64,000 bases of DNA from Minisyncoccia bacterium (GTDB lineage: Bacteria; Patescibacteriota; Minisyncoccia; Phycocordibacterales; CSBR16-119), in NCBI GenBank assembly GCA_047619465.1, contig JBLHJW010000001.1, forward strand, positions 8,911 through 72,910, in the 5' to 3' direction. The notes below the pieces were generated by a model. That model ran no database searches, was not told where the DNA came from, and saw only the letters and a program-made list of their open reading frames with translations. A program made the translations under genes and the position numbers. Below, one piece after another: positions 57,901-64,000 of this stretch; the stretch's first letter is position 1, and each line of letters starts with the position of its first letter.

Positions 57901-58579
57901 GATATGTTCCTTTTTCATCTACTAGCTCAAACTTTGCAGTAATAGAAATATCTTTTACATCTTCATACCCTTGGGCAAGCTCGTGAGATGAGAGTGTGGT
58001 TCCACAACGGGGACACCACGGAACGACCTTGTAGTCTTTGTAAATTAGATTCTGATCAGCTACCTTTTTTATTACCCACCAAACAGACTCCATGTAGTGA
58101 TTGTCATAAGTAATATACGGATCATCTAAATCCACCCAGAAACCAATTCTTCGTGTGAAGTCCTCCCACTCTGATTTATATTCCCAAACAGACTCCTTAC
58201 ACTTTTGGTTAAAGGCTTCAATTCCATAGTCTTCGATCTCAAGTTTTGATTTCAGTCCGAGTTGCTTCTCCACCTGAAGCTCCACAGGAAGCCCGTGAGT
58301 ATCCCATCCCCCCTTTCGGCGAACATTGTATCCCTGCATAGTTTTATATCTTGGAATTGCATCCTTGAAAGCTCGCGCTGCCAAGTGATGAATACCTGGT
58401 CGCCCATTTGCAGTCGGCGGTCCTTCAAAGAAAACAAACTCACCCTTTGGCGAATCTTTCTTTGTAGTCTTGGCGAAAATTTCTTTCTCATTCCATTCGT
58501 TCAAAATCTCCCCTTCGCGCTCAGCGTAGGGACTCTGTTTCTCTTCTTTTTCTTGGTATTTTTTGTATTCGTTGCTCAT
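54983..58579 (-). CDS. ileS: isoleucyl-tRNA synthetase with an embedded histidine-phosphatase (PGAM-like) domain
   Basis: PTANGRPGIHHL (HIGH-type), a CP1 editing domain with …TTTPWTLPGN…, CxxC knuckles, and KMSKSKGNTVNP (KMSKS). Between WAISRERYWGTPLP and DVWFDSG the protein carries ~250 aa instead of the usual ~60, including …YFAMRHGQSESN… and …ILFVSHGTPLWLL…. Start is set at MSNEYKK (58579). Confidence 0.85.
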   Translation of the reverse strand: MSNEYKKYQEKEEKQSPYAEREGEILNEWNEKEIFAKTTKKDSPKGEFVFFEGPPTANGRPGIHHLAARAFKDAIPRYKTMQGYNVRRKGGWDTHGLPVELQVEKQLGLKSKLEIEDYGIEAFNQKCKESVWEYKSEWEDFTRRIGFWVDLDDPYITYDNHYMESVWWVIKKVADQNLIYKDYKVVPWCPRCGTTLSSHELAQGYEDVKDISITAKFELVDEKGTYLLAWTTTPWTLPGNVALAVGEKIDYVKAKKVASTSTIAVASTSTIPNDKEHKTPSDLDTESVIILAKSIFAKEDQKVNPTSDSKRYFYNGEIYEITEEIKGSELVGKEYKPLFPYFKDLAEKEEIKNIENAYKVYAADFVTTTDGTGIVHTAVMYGQDDFELGNKVSLPKMHVVKEDGTFVDGMGDFSGRSVKEMTDGKPTMDIDVIKHLQDNKTYFSKEKYEHSYPHCWRCKTPLIYYARDSWYINMQEVKSKMIAENQTINWEPSHIKDGRFGEWLKDLKDWAISRERYWGTPLPIWQAEDGEMLVAGSIEDIKKNVKKSGNKYFAMRHGQSESNVKKVLSTVLENIDPVTEKGEAQVRQAVEKLKSKNIDLIVASPFMRTKMTAELVKAGLKLSDDQLVFDKRLVEVGVGEFEGKNHEEYHSFIREKGSEQFHVKIGGGESSQDVMNRVAPVLYELEEKYRDKNILFVSHGTPLWLLHVSVTGHTPDSCDCSFDDDFEAYDNAEVRELDFVPIPHDSNHKLDLHKPFIDEVVLEKDGKDFKRVKEVMDVWFDSGSMPFAQEHYPFENKDYVDKVGVPADFISEGMDQTRGWFYTLHAIGNLVGKGKVYKNVISLGLVNDEKGQKMSKSKGNTVNPWDAVTKFGVDSLRFWMYSVNGPGESKNFDEKTITETQRKVFGLLDNVVKFYEMYSGSVDLSVDPKTSPNVLDRWILEKTDELEELVTKKLDAYQLLEPTRAIRELIGDLSQWYIRRSRDRFKGQDEADRKFALATTRSVLERLSILMAPFTPFFAEDMYGRVGGKLESVHLENWAEIKTTGGFFQKMFGKKKEAKTLASMQKTRAVISEALELRSKANINVRQPLASLTITEMLDGEYLELIADELNVKEVVIGPDLAIDTVLTPELEIEGKARDLLREVQKMRKEAGLNPEDRIRLTLPENNKDIYESFSNEFQNTAGVVEVDFGGEIKIDKI

Positions 58580-58580
58580 A

Positions 58581-58810
58581 TATATATAAATTAAAAAACT
58601 CGTCCTAGAACTACGACCGAAGTCGCAATCCAAGGACGAGCTTCTCTCGTGGTACCACCTTGTTTTACCAAGCATATAGCTTGGCCTCATTACAGCTATT
58701 TCGGGCTTACCCGTTGGGTTCTATTTTCCTATTTCCTCCGCATGGGCAGGCATATTAGAATTTCTTCCCAAAGCTCCAGAATGATTAAGTCCATCAACGC
58801 TCGCATGTAC
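58581..58810 (-). promoter_or_regulatory. candidate T-box riboswitch leader of ileS, with an extended -10 promoter
   Basis: On the minus strand: TGTTATAAT (extended -10), a ~210-nt leader, the T-box-like sequence AACAAGGTGGTACCACGAG (consensus AANNNGGGTGGNACCGCG), then the terminator CTCGTCCT…AGGACGAG + TTTTTT. The terminator's 5' half can pair with the T-box 3' half to form the antiterminator. An ATC (Ile) codon sits in a candidate specifier context (GACTTAATCATTC). Confidence 0.45.
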
Positions 58811-58841
58811 GATTATAACAGATAATTCTTTTAGAGATATA

Positions 58842-58869
58842 CTTGACTTTATCTTATGAAGTGATATAA
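58842..58869 (+). promoter_or_regulatory. sigma70-type promoter for gene 58898..59236
   Basis: TTGACT (58842-58847), a 16-nt spacer, then TATAAT (58864-58869), divergent from the ileS leader promoter. Confidence 0.45.
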
Positions 58870-58897
58870 TAATAAGCAACACATAAAGAACATTTAG

Positions 58898-59236
58898 ATG
58901 AGTGAAAAAGAAAAAAATGGTTTTAAAATAATGAAGATTGAAACAGACAAGGGAAACTATTTTGTGTTTCAAGTGCAGTACCTGAAGCCGTTCGGCCAAG
59001 GATTCTATACAAACCACAAAGGAAAGTTTTTATCTGAGAAAGCATCTGCTGAAGAAGAGATTCTCTGGATGGAAGACGTATGGGACGAGTTTCCTATGAG
59101 AGAAGAAGCTGATGAAAACATTTTCGGTCGCCTATTCAAAAAGGCCGACAACGAGCAAGAAATTGTTCCTCCAGGGCCAGCAATTCATAATCCTTTTTCC
59201 GGTCTCGGTGTCCTAAAAGAACAAATGGAAGACTGA
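58898..59236 (+). CDS. hypothetical protein
   Basis: 112 aa with its own promoter and terminator. No recognisable family. Confidence 0.4.
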   Translation: MSEKEKNGFKIMKIETDKGNYFVFQVQYLKPFGQGFYTNHKGKFLSEKASAEEEILWMEDVWDEFPMREEADENIFGRLFKKADNEQEIVPPGPAIHNPFSGLGVLKEQMED

Positions 59237-59261
59237 TCATTAAAAATTATTTTTGTATTGA

Positions 59262-59293
59262 AAAGCCCGACTCATTGAGTCAGGCTTTTTTAT
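59262..59293. terminator. bidirectional intrinsic terminator (58898..59236 and argS)
   Basis: AGCCCGACTCA-T-TGAGTCAGGCT followed by TTTTTTATT. Confidence 0.55.
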
Positions 59294-60978
59294 TACATTT
59301 TTTCTGGAGATTCTATTCCTAGGAGAAATAATGTATTTTTAAGAACTTGAGATGTGGCTTTTACAAGCGACAAATTATATCCAGCATTGTTATTTTCAGT
59401 ATCTACTAGCTTTGTATTTCCATAAAAACTATTGAAAGCTCGAGCAAGTTCTAGGCCGTAGTTTACCAAATGATGTGGTGCCCAGTCTCGAGCAGACACC
59501 TCTGCCACTTCCCCAAATCTATAGAGCAGTCGTTCTACATCTGTGATCTCTCCTCCGTCCTTTTTAAATGATTCTTTTATTCCCTCTGCCTCCGCTTTTA
59601 CCAGAACAGAGTTTGATCGTGCGATCGTATACTGAATATATGGACCAGTATCCCCTTCGAAAGATAGGTCTGTCTCTGGGTCGAAGTTTATATTTTTACC
59701 AGCTTGGGATTTCAAAATAGTAAACTTCAAAGCAGCAATAGAAATCTGGTCCTTTAGATTTTCATCTGCGTCAGTATTTTTCTCACTCACCTCGTTATGA
59801 ATACTCTCTAGCAAATCAGTCGCTAATGGCACACCGCCAAGACGTGACGACATTTTCTGGCCTTTAAAACTCATCCGTCCGTGATACCGATGCACACTTT
59901 TATCTCTCCACTCTTTATCTATTTTCTCTGCAGCATCTAGTACTACCTGGAAGTGAGAAATTTGCTGGCTGTCAGTCATAAATACTGAGATATCTGGAGA
60001 GTATCTATCAAACTTTAGTTTTAATAGGCCCAAGTCTTTTGCTTCATATGTAGGATTTCCTTGGCTGTTTATAAACACAGCTGTATTCAAGTGTTTATCC
60101 TCTTCTGAGGGAATATATACAACAGCGCCATCGCTCTCTGTAAAAATAGTCTTGTTTTCTTTTACCATCTTAGCTCCTGTAACTCCAGCTTCACTTTCAT
60201 ATATATATGAATCGATATCTGTTCCTAGTCTTTTCAGAATTTTCTCAAAGTATTGAATGTTGAAATCTTTACAAGATTCAAATATTTTTAATTCAGGTGA
60301 GTCCTTTTTTGCGTACAAATTATCAGCAATTTCTCTTACCCTAGGCTGAACAGATTCGTCTTCTTCATATCTTTTTGTTCCTTTTACATAAGCACCACCT
60401 AGAACAGCTACGTCTGTTGGTGTAAAATCCTCACCCTCTTCTTCCAGAAGAATAAATATAGCCTTGGCTACACCAAGAGAAATATCAGATGGAAATGAAA
60501 TTACTGTTGTGTCTGCGCTAGCAAACTTCGATAGCCTTGAAATAGACTCTCCGATTGCATTGTTCATCACATGACCAACATGAAACGGCTTAAACAGGTT
60601 TGGACTTGAGTGCTCTACTAGAATCTTCTTGCCTTTGTATAAATCAGACTTTCCATACCCTTCACCAGCAGAAACAATCTCCCTTGTTTCTTTTACAAAA
60701 AACTCTGGTTCAAGTGTGAAGTTTATAAACCCAGGACCCGCAATCTGAATTCCGTCTTTTGAAATTAATTCAATGTCTCTTTCTTTTAGTAAGTCTACGA
60801 TTTCTCCAGCAACTTCTATGGGATTTCTTCCTTCTTTCTTTGACAAAATAAGGGCTGTATTTGCAGCATAATCGCCATGTGAGAAATCCTGTGGATGTGA
60901 GAGCTCAACAGAAACAGCCTCAAAGCCGAGCTCTAATAACACAGATTCTATCTCCTTCTTTAGAGTCTCTTTTATCAT
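59293..60978 (-). CDS. argS: arginyl-tRNA synthetase
   Basis: 561 aa. N-terminal additional domain, …LFKPFHVGHVMNNAIG… (HIGH-type), a DALR-type anticodon-binding C-terminus, and the typical terminal Met. Confidence 0.9.
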   Translation of the reverse strand: MIKETLKKEIESVLLELGFEAVSVELSHPQDFSHGDYAANTALILSKKEGRNPIEVAGEIVDLLKERDIELISKDGIQIAGPGFINFTLEPEFFVKETREIVSAGEGYGKSDLYKGKKILVEHSSPNLFKPFHVGHVMNNAIGESISRLSKFASADTTVISFPSDISLGVAKAIFILLEEEGEDFTPTDVAVLGGAYVKGTKRYEEDESVQPRVREIADNLYAKKDSPELKIFESCKDFNIQYFEKILKRLGTDIDSYIYESEAGVTGAKMVKENKTIFTESDGAVVYIPSEEDKHLNTAVFINSQGNPTYEAKDLGLLKLKFDRYSPDISVFMTDSQQISHFQVVLDAAEKIDKEWRDKSVHRYHGRMSFKGQKMSSRLGGVPLATDLLESIHNEVSEKNTDADENLKDQISIAALKFTILKSQAGKNINFDPETDLSFEGDTGPYIQYTIARSNSVLVKAEAEGIKESFKKDGGEITDVERLLYRFGEVAEVSARDWAPHHLVNYGLELARAFNSFYGNTKLVDTENNNAGYNLSLVKATSQVLKNTLFLLGIESPEKM

Positions 60979-61002
60979 AAGACTACTTTAGCACGCCCCA
61001 GA

Positions 61003-61035
61003 AAATAAAAAAGCGGTTGCTCAGGCAACCGCTTT
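61003..61035 (-). terminator. intrinsic terminator overlapping the 3' end of gene 61021..61467
   Basis: GCGGTTGC-TCAG-GCAACCGC with a T-run on the minus strand. It is preceded by CACGCCCCAGAAAATAAAAAA, a motif shared with 61625-61641. Confidence 0.5.
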
Positions 61036-61467
61036 TTTGTCTTTATCTAGCTTAGCCAACCAGGCTATAGCTTTTTCTGAAAAAACCCTATACTCTCTAT
61101 CAAATTCTAAATGAATTATATTCTGATTGGCTGCATTGTATACAGTTAAGCGATCTTGCCCATTACCGGGCTTCTTGCCTGGGAAAAATGATCCTAACGA
61201 TTTATATAATAAAACTTCAAATTCTCCCAACATGATCGCATAGAATATAAACCTAGCATAAACAATCTTTCTTTTCCTTGTTCGAATTAAGATATCTGAA
61301 ATTTTACAATTGGAAAGTGTAGACAAAACGGTCAGAATTTCTTCTGCCCTCAGAAGATGCTCTTCTGTTATCTGCTTAGACTCTGCAGAGGATCTACTGA
61401 ACGAATTCTTTCTTCTGTTGTACTTTATTAGCTTATAGGGCTTATCTTTTAGCCTCTTTTTTGCCAT
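61021..61467 (-). CDS. small DnaA C-terminal-domain-like HTH protein (paralog A)
   Basis: 148 aa. …ISDILIRTRKRKIVYARFIFYAIMLGEF… resembles the Bac_DnaA_C helix-turn-helix region (…R.R.IV.ARQIAMYL…). Confidence 0.4.
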   Translation of the reverse strand: MAKKRLKDKPYKLIKYNRRKNSFSRSSAESKQITEEHLLRAEEILTVLSTLSNCKISDILIRTRKRKIVYARFIFYAIMLGEFEVLLYKSLGSFFPGKKPGNGQDRLTVYNAANQNIIHLEFDREYRVFSEKAIAWLAKLDKDKKAVA

Positions 61468-61501
61468 CTTTTATGATTTTGACTTTAGAAACACATTAAT
61501 A

Positions 61502-61590
61502 AAAAAGACCCGCTTATGCAAGTCTTTTTTATTTCTACTTTTTATATGCTCTTAATATTTTATCAATTTTTACAGCAATAAGGACAAAGT
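61502..61590. repeat. duplicated copy of the glyA 3'-end/terminator segment (copy 1, upstream of paralog A)
   Basis: 61531-61590 matches 62331-62391 with one mismatch. In copy 2 this is the last ~17 codons of glyA (…VKIDKILRAYKN*); here the same frame reads …VKIDKILRAYKK* but is non-coding. Confidence 0.65.
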
Positions 61591-61629
61591 ATTTTATTTG
61601 TTCTCTACAGGTCTTATTTATCACGCACC

Positions 61630-61660
61630 AGAAAATAAAAAACGATCGCTATTGCGATCG
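61630..61660 (-). terminator. intrinsic terminator downstream of gene 61735..62250
   Basis: CGATCGC-TATT-GCGATCG with a T-run on the minus strand. Confidence 0.5.
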
Positions 61661-61734
61661 TTTAACAGTGATTTTTTCACCTTTTGATTTTTGAGGTCTT
61701 GGTATCAAAATCGGTGATTGTTGATAGCTGTTCT

Positions 61735-62250
61735 TTAAAGGATCCTTCTTCTGGCTCTTCTTCCCCTTCTCACAACAAGATGAGCTCCGAAGAATTTTGC
61801 AGCCAAATTCTCAAAATCTTGAAAGGTGTAAGTTCTGCCGTCATCAAAATAGTCAAAATCTTCTAATGACATTATATTGTTGAATCGACCCTCCAGAGAA
61901 GGCAACGTCTTGCTGTAATAAACGTTATAAGCCTTACCGAGTTCATACTTTCTATAATGAACGATCGTACTATGATCTCTGTAAACAGAAGATCCAAGCA
62001 GGATTACCCCTGCTGATGGATGCTTCATTGTCATCATGCGACAAATAAATTTCCTTGCTATGACAGTTTTCTTTGTACCACCCTTTCTAGTAACACCTAG
62101 AACCGTTAAACCTAGAACATCTTTTACTGTTCTATATGCAATCTTCAATCGCCTTAAATAAACAAAGGATTCATAGGCCGAGAAGTTTTCTGGAAAACAA
62201 AGAATTATCTCATCTACACATGCTGGAACTTTTTTTCCTTTTTCTTTCAT
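61735..62250 (-). CDS. small DnaA C-terminal-domain-like HTH protein (paralog B)
   Basis: 171 aa. …GVTRKGGTKKTVIARKFICRMMTMKHPSAGVILLGSSVYRDHSTIVHYRKYE… matches Bac_DnaA_C (…[50 protein letters not shown]…). C-terminal RRGRRARRR tail. Confidence 0.5.
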   Translation of the reverse strand: MKEKGKKVPACVDEIILCFPENFSAYESFVYLRRLKIAYRTVKDVLGLTVLGVTRKGGTKKTVIARKFICRMMTMKHPSAGVILLGSSVYRDHSTIVHYRKYELGKAYNVYYSKTLPSLEGRFNNIMSLEDFDYFDDGRTYTFQDFENLAAKFFGAHLVVRRGRRARRRIL

Positions 62251-62299
62251 TGCGCACTTTTTTAAAAAGATTAACCTTAAACAACATTTTCTGCAAGAG

Positions 62300-62334
62300 T
62301 CAAAAAAAGACCCTCTGTTTGGGTCTTTTTTATT
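62300..62334 (-). terminator. intrinsic terminator downstream of glyA (part of duplicated segment copy 2)
   Basis: AAGACCC-TCTGTTT-GGGTCTT flanked by T/A runs. Confidence 0.55.
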
Positions 62335-62335
62335 T

Positions 62336-63514
62336 CTAATTTTTATATGCTCTTAATATTTTATCAATTTTTACAGCAATAAGGACAAAGTCTTTTTCTT
62401 TCTTTCCTCGAGTGGTCTCAGCTGGTGTTCCAAGTCTAACCCCCGATGGATTCATGGGCTTTCTAGTGTCAAAAGGTATTTGGTTTTTGTTTACTATAAT
62501 ATTATTTTGTTCAAGAATCTCGCTGGCCTCTTTTCCTCCAATCTTTAATGTTCCCCAAACGTCAATCAAAATAATATGGTTATCTGTTCCTCCAGATACG
62601 ATTCTCCATCCAAGGCTTTTTAGTTTATCTGAAAGAGCTTTGGCATTTAGAACAACCTGTTTTGCGTAAATCTTGAAGCTTGTTTGTGTTGCCTCGTTTA
62701 ATGCTACAGCTGTTGATAGAATCTGATTCATATGTGGACCTCCCTGCATTCCTGGGAATACCGCTTTATCTATTCGATCTGAATAATCAGAGATGTCTTT
62801 TCTAGAGAAGATTAGTGCAGCACGTGGACCTCGGAGAGTTTTGTGAACTGTAGTAGTTACAATATCAGCATACGGAAAAGGGCTTGTATGTGCCCCACCA
62901 GCAACCAGTCCAGCAATGTGTGCCATATCCACCATCAATATTGCCCCACAACTATCTGCAATTTCGCGGAACTTCTTCCAGTTCACTTTTCTGGAGTAAG
63001 CAGAGAATCCTGCAACTATAAGCTGAGGTTTTTCCTTCATTGCGATTCGCATGACAGCATCGTAATTGATCTTTTCAGTGTCGGGATCAACACTGTATGG
63101 AACTTGCTTCCACATCTTCCCTGTTATAGAAACCTTATACCCGTGAGACAAGTGACCACCTGAGTCTAGCGTCATAGCCATGATTTTCCCTCCAAAAGGA
63201 ACCAGTGCAGAAAACACAGCCATGTTTGCTGGGGTACCAGAAAGGGACTGAACATTTACATGCCACTTTTTATCTGAAAGTTTAAAGAGTTTTCGAGCTC
63301 GGTTTTGAACTAGGTCCTCTAACTCATCTACAAATTGATTCCCTCCATAGTATCTTGCTTTTGAATACCCTTCTGCGTACTTGTTTGTGTACTCAGAACC
63401 AAGAGCTTCTAAAACATCTTTAGATACGTAGTTCTCAGAAGCGATTAGATTGATCGCTTTTTTCTGGCGAGCTTTTTCGTTTTTTAAGAGTTTAGCAATT
63501 TGTTTATCTTTCAT
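62336..63514 (-). CDS. glyA: serine hydroxymethyltransferase
   Basis: 392 aa. …INLIASENYVS…, …YYGGN…, …HLSHGYK… and the PLP-Lys region …TTTVHKTLRGPR…. Confidence 0.9.
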   Translation of the reverse strand: MKDKQIAKLLKNEKARQKKAINLIASENYVSKDVLEALGSEYTNKYAEGYSKARYYGGNQFVDELEDLVQNRARKLFKLSDKKWHVNVQSLSGTPANMAVFSALVPFGGKIMAMTLDSGGHLSHGYKVSITGKMWKQVPYSVDPDTEKINYDAVMRIAMKEKPQLIVAGFSAYSRKVNWKKFREIADSCGAILMVDMAHIAGLVAGGAHTSPFPYADIVTTTVHKTLRGPRAALIFSRKDISDYSDRIDKAVFPGMQGGPHMNQILSTAVALNEATQTSFKIYAKQVVLNAKALSDKLKSLGWRIVSGGTDNHIILIDVWGTLKIGGKEASEILEQNNIIVNKNQIPFDTRKPMNPSGVRLGTPAETTRGKKEKDFVLIAVKIDKILRAYKN

Positions 63515-63584
63515 AGTCTCTATCCTACCCTATTTGCAAAAATAGGACAATTTGAGTAAGGTTAGAAAAACAAATGTGATCATT

Positions 63585-64000
63585 ATGAAAAAAACAGCAA
63601 TAGATTGGTTTCCCTTAATTGTGGACCCTTGTAAAGAACAAGCCAAAAACAAAGCTGAGCAATATGGATCTTCATGGACCATTTACAGACCAGCAGGTCT
63701 TCGCGATAAGCTTTTCATTAAGGCTTCACGAATTAGAACAATTCAAGAAGCTGGAGAGAACAAAGTCGGTGAATCCATTGAAGGAGAATTTCAAGCAATC
63801 TTGAATTATTCTCTCATGGGACTCATTCAAATCGAACGAGGTTTTGAGGAAGCAAAACTCTATCCTCAAGAGGTTCTGTCCCTCTACGAAAAAGAATCAG
63901 CTCTATGTCTTAAGCTTATGGAGAAAAAAAACCATGACTATGGTGAAGCATGGCGAGGCATGTCTCAAGAAGGTATTACGGATGAGATACTTGTAAAGCT
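63585..64000 (+). CDS. hypothetical protein (possibly MazG-like/DUF1599-type nucleotide pyrophosphohydrolase fold); 3' end beyond the window
   Basis: Translation MKKTAIDWFPLIVDPCKEQAKNKAEQYGSSWTIYRPAGLRDKLFIKASRIRTIQEAGE…EKKNHDYGEAWRGMSQEGITDEILVK. It is absent from the ORF track because it is truncated by the window edge. Family call is weak. Confidence 0.3.
   Translation, partial: MKKTAIDWFPLIVDPCKEQAKNKAEQYGSSWTIYRPAGLRDKLFIKASRIRTIQEAGENKVGESIEGEFQAILNYSLMGLIQIERGFEEAKLYPQEVLSLYEKESALCLKLMEKKNHDYGEAWRGMSQEGITDEILVK

Overview
This is a low-GC (~35-38%), gene-dense bacterial window whose content looks like a small-genome, CPR/Patescibacteria-like organism. The lineage call is inference from gene content only.

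The core of the window is housekeeping: HI0933-like flavoprotein (partial), typA, htpX, lemA, secDF, folD, a SEDS (FtsW/RodA) gene, rplJ-rplL, ftsK, recA, efp, rpsF-ssb-rpsR, tatD, metG, glyQS, recO, ileS, argS and glyA.

A 23S-5S rRNA operon lies on the minus strand (~12.4-16.7 kb) with no 16S gene nearby. Its 23S gene carries a ~535-nt intron with no ORF, at the canonical I-CreI/2593-type site.

Between rplJL and ftsK (≈20.3-38.1 kb) is an accessory island. It holds:
- a glycan gene set: Wzy_C+TPR ligase/O-OTase-like, a WbaP-like initiating transferase, GT4, GT2, a GT32-like gene, two paralogous sulfotransferase-like genes, and a Wzx flippase;
- a decayed gmd pseudogene with in-frame TGA and TAA;
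- a collagen-like Gly-X-Y protein;
- a 1135-aa surface protein with an N-terminal peptidoglycan-binding-like domain;
- a small GIY-YIG nuclease gene flanked by inverted copies of a dispersed hairpin repeat family.

Other notable items:
- IleS carries an embedded, complete histidine-phosphatase (PGAM-like) domain and is preceded by a candidate T-box leader.
- A 69-nt glyA-tail/terminator segment is duplicated upstream of a second DnaA-C-like small gene, marking an ~0.8-kb tandem duplication.
- Several short intergenic repeat/hairpin families recur, including near-identical terminators and an element shared by the rplJ leader and the region upstream of the giant surface-protein gene.

All calls come from reading the sequence and ORF translations; no searches were run.
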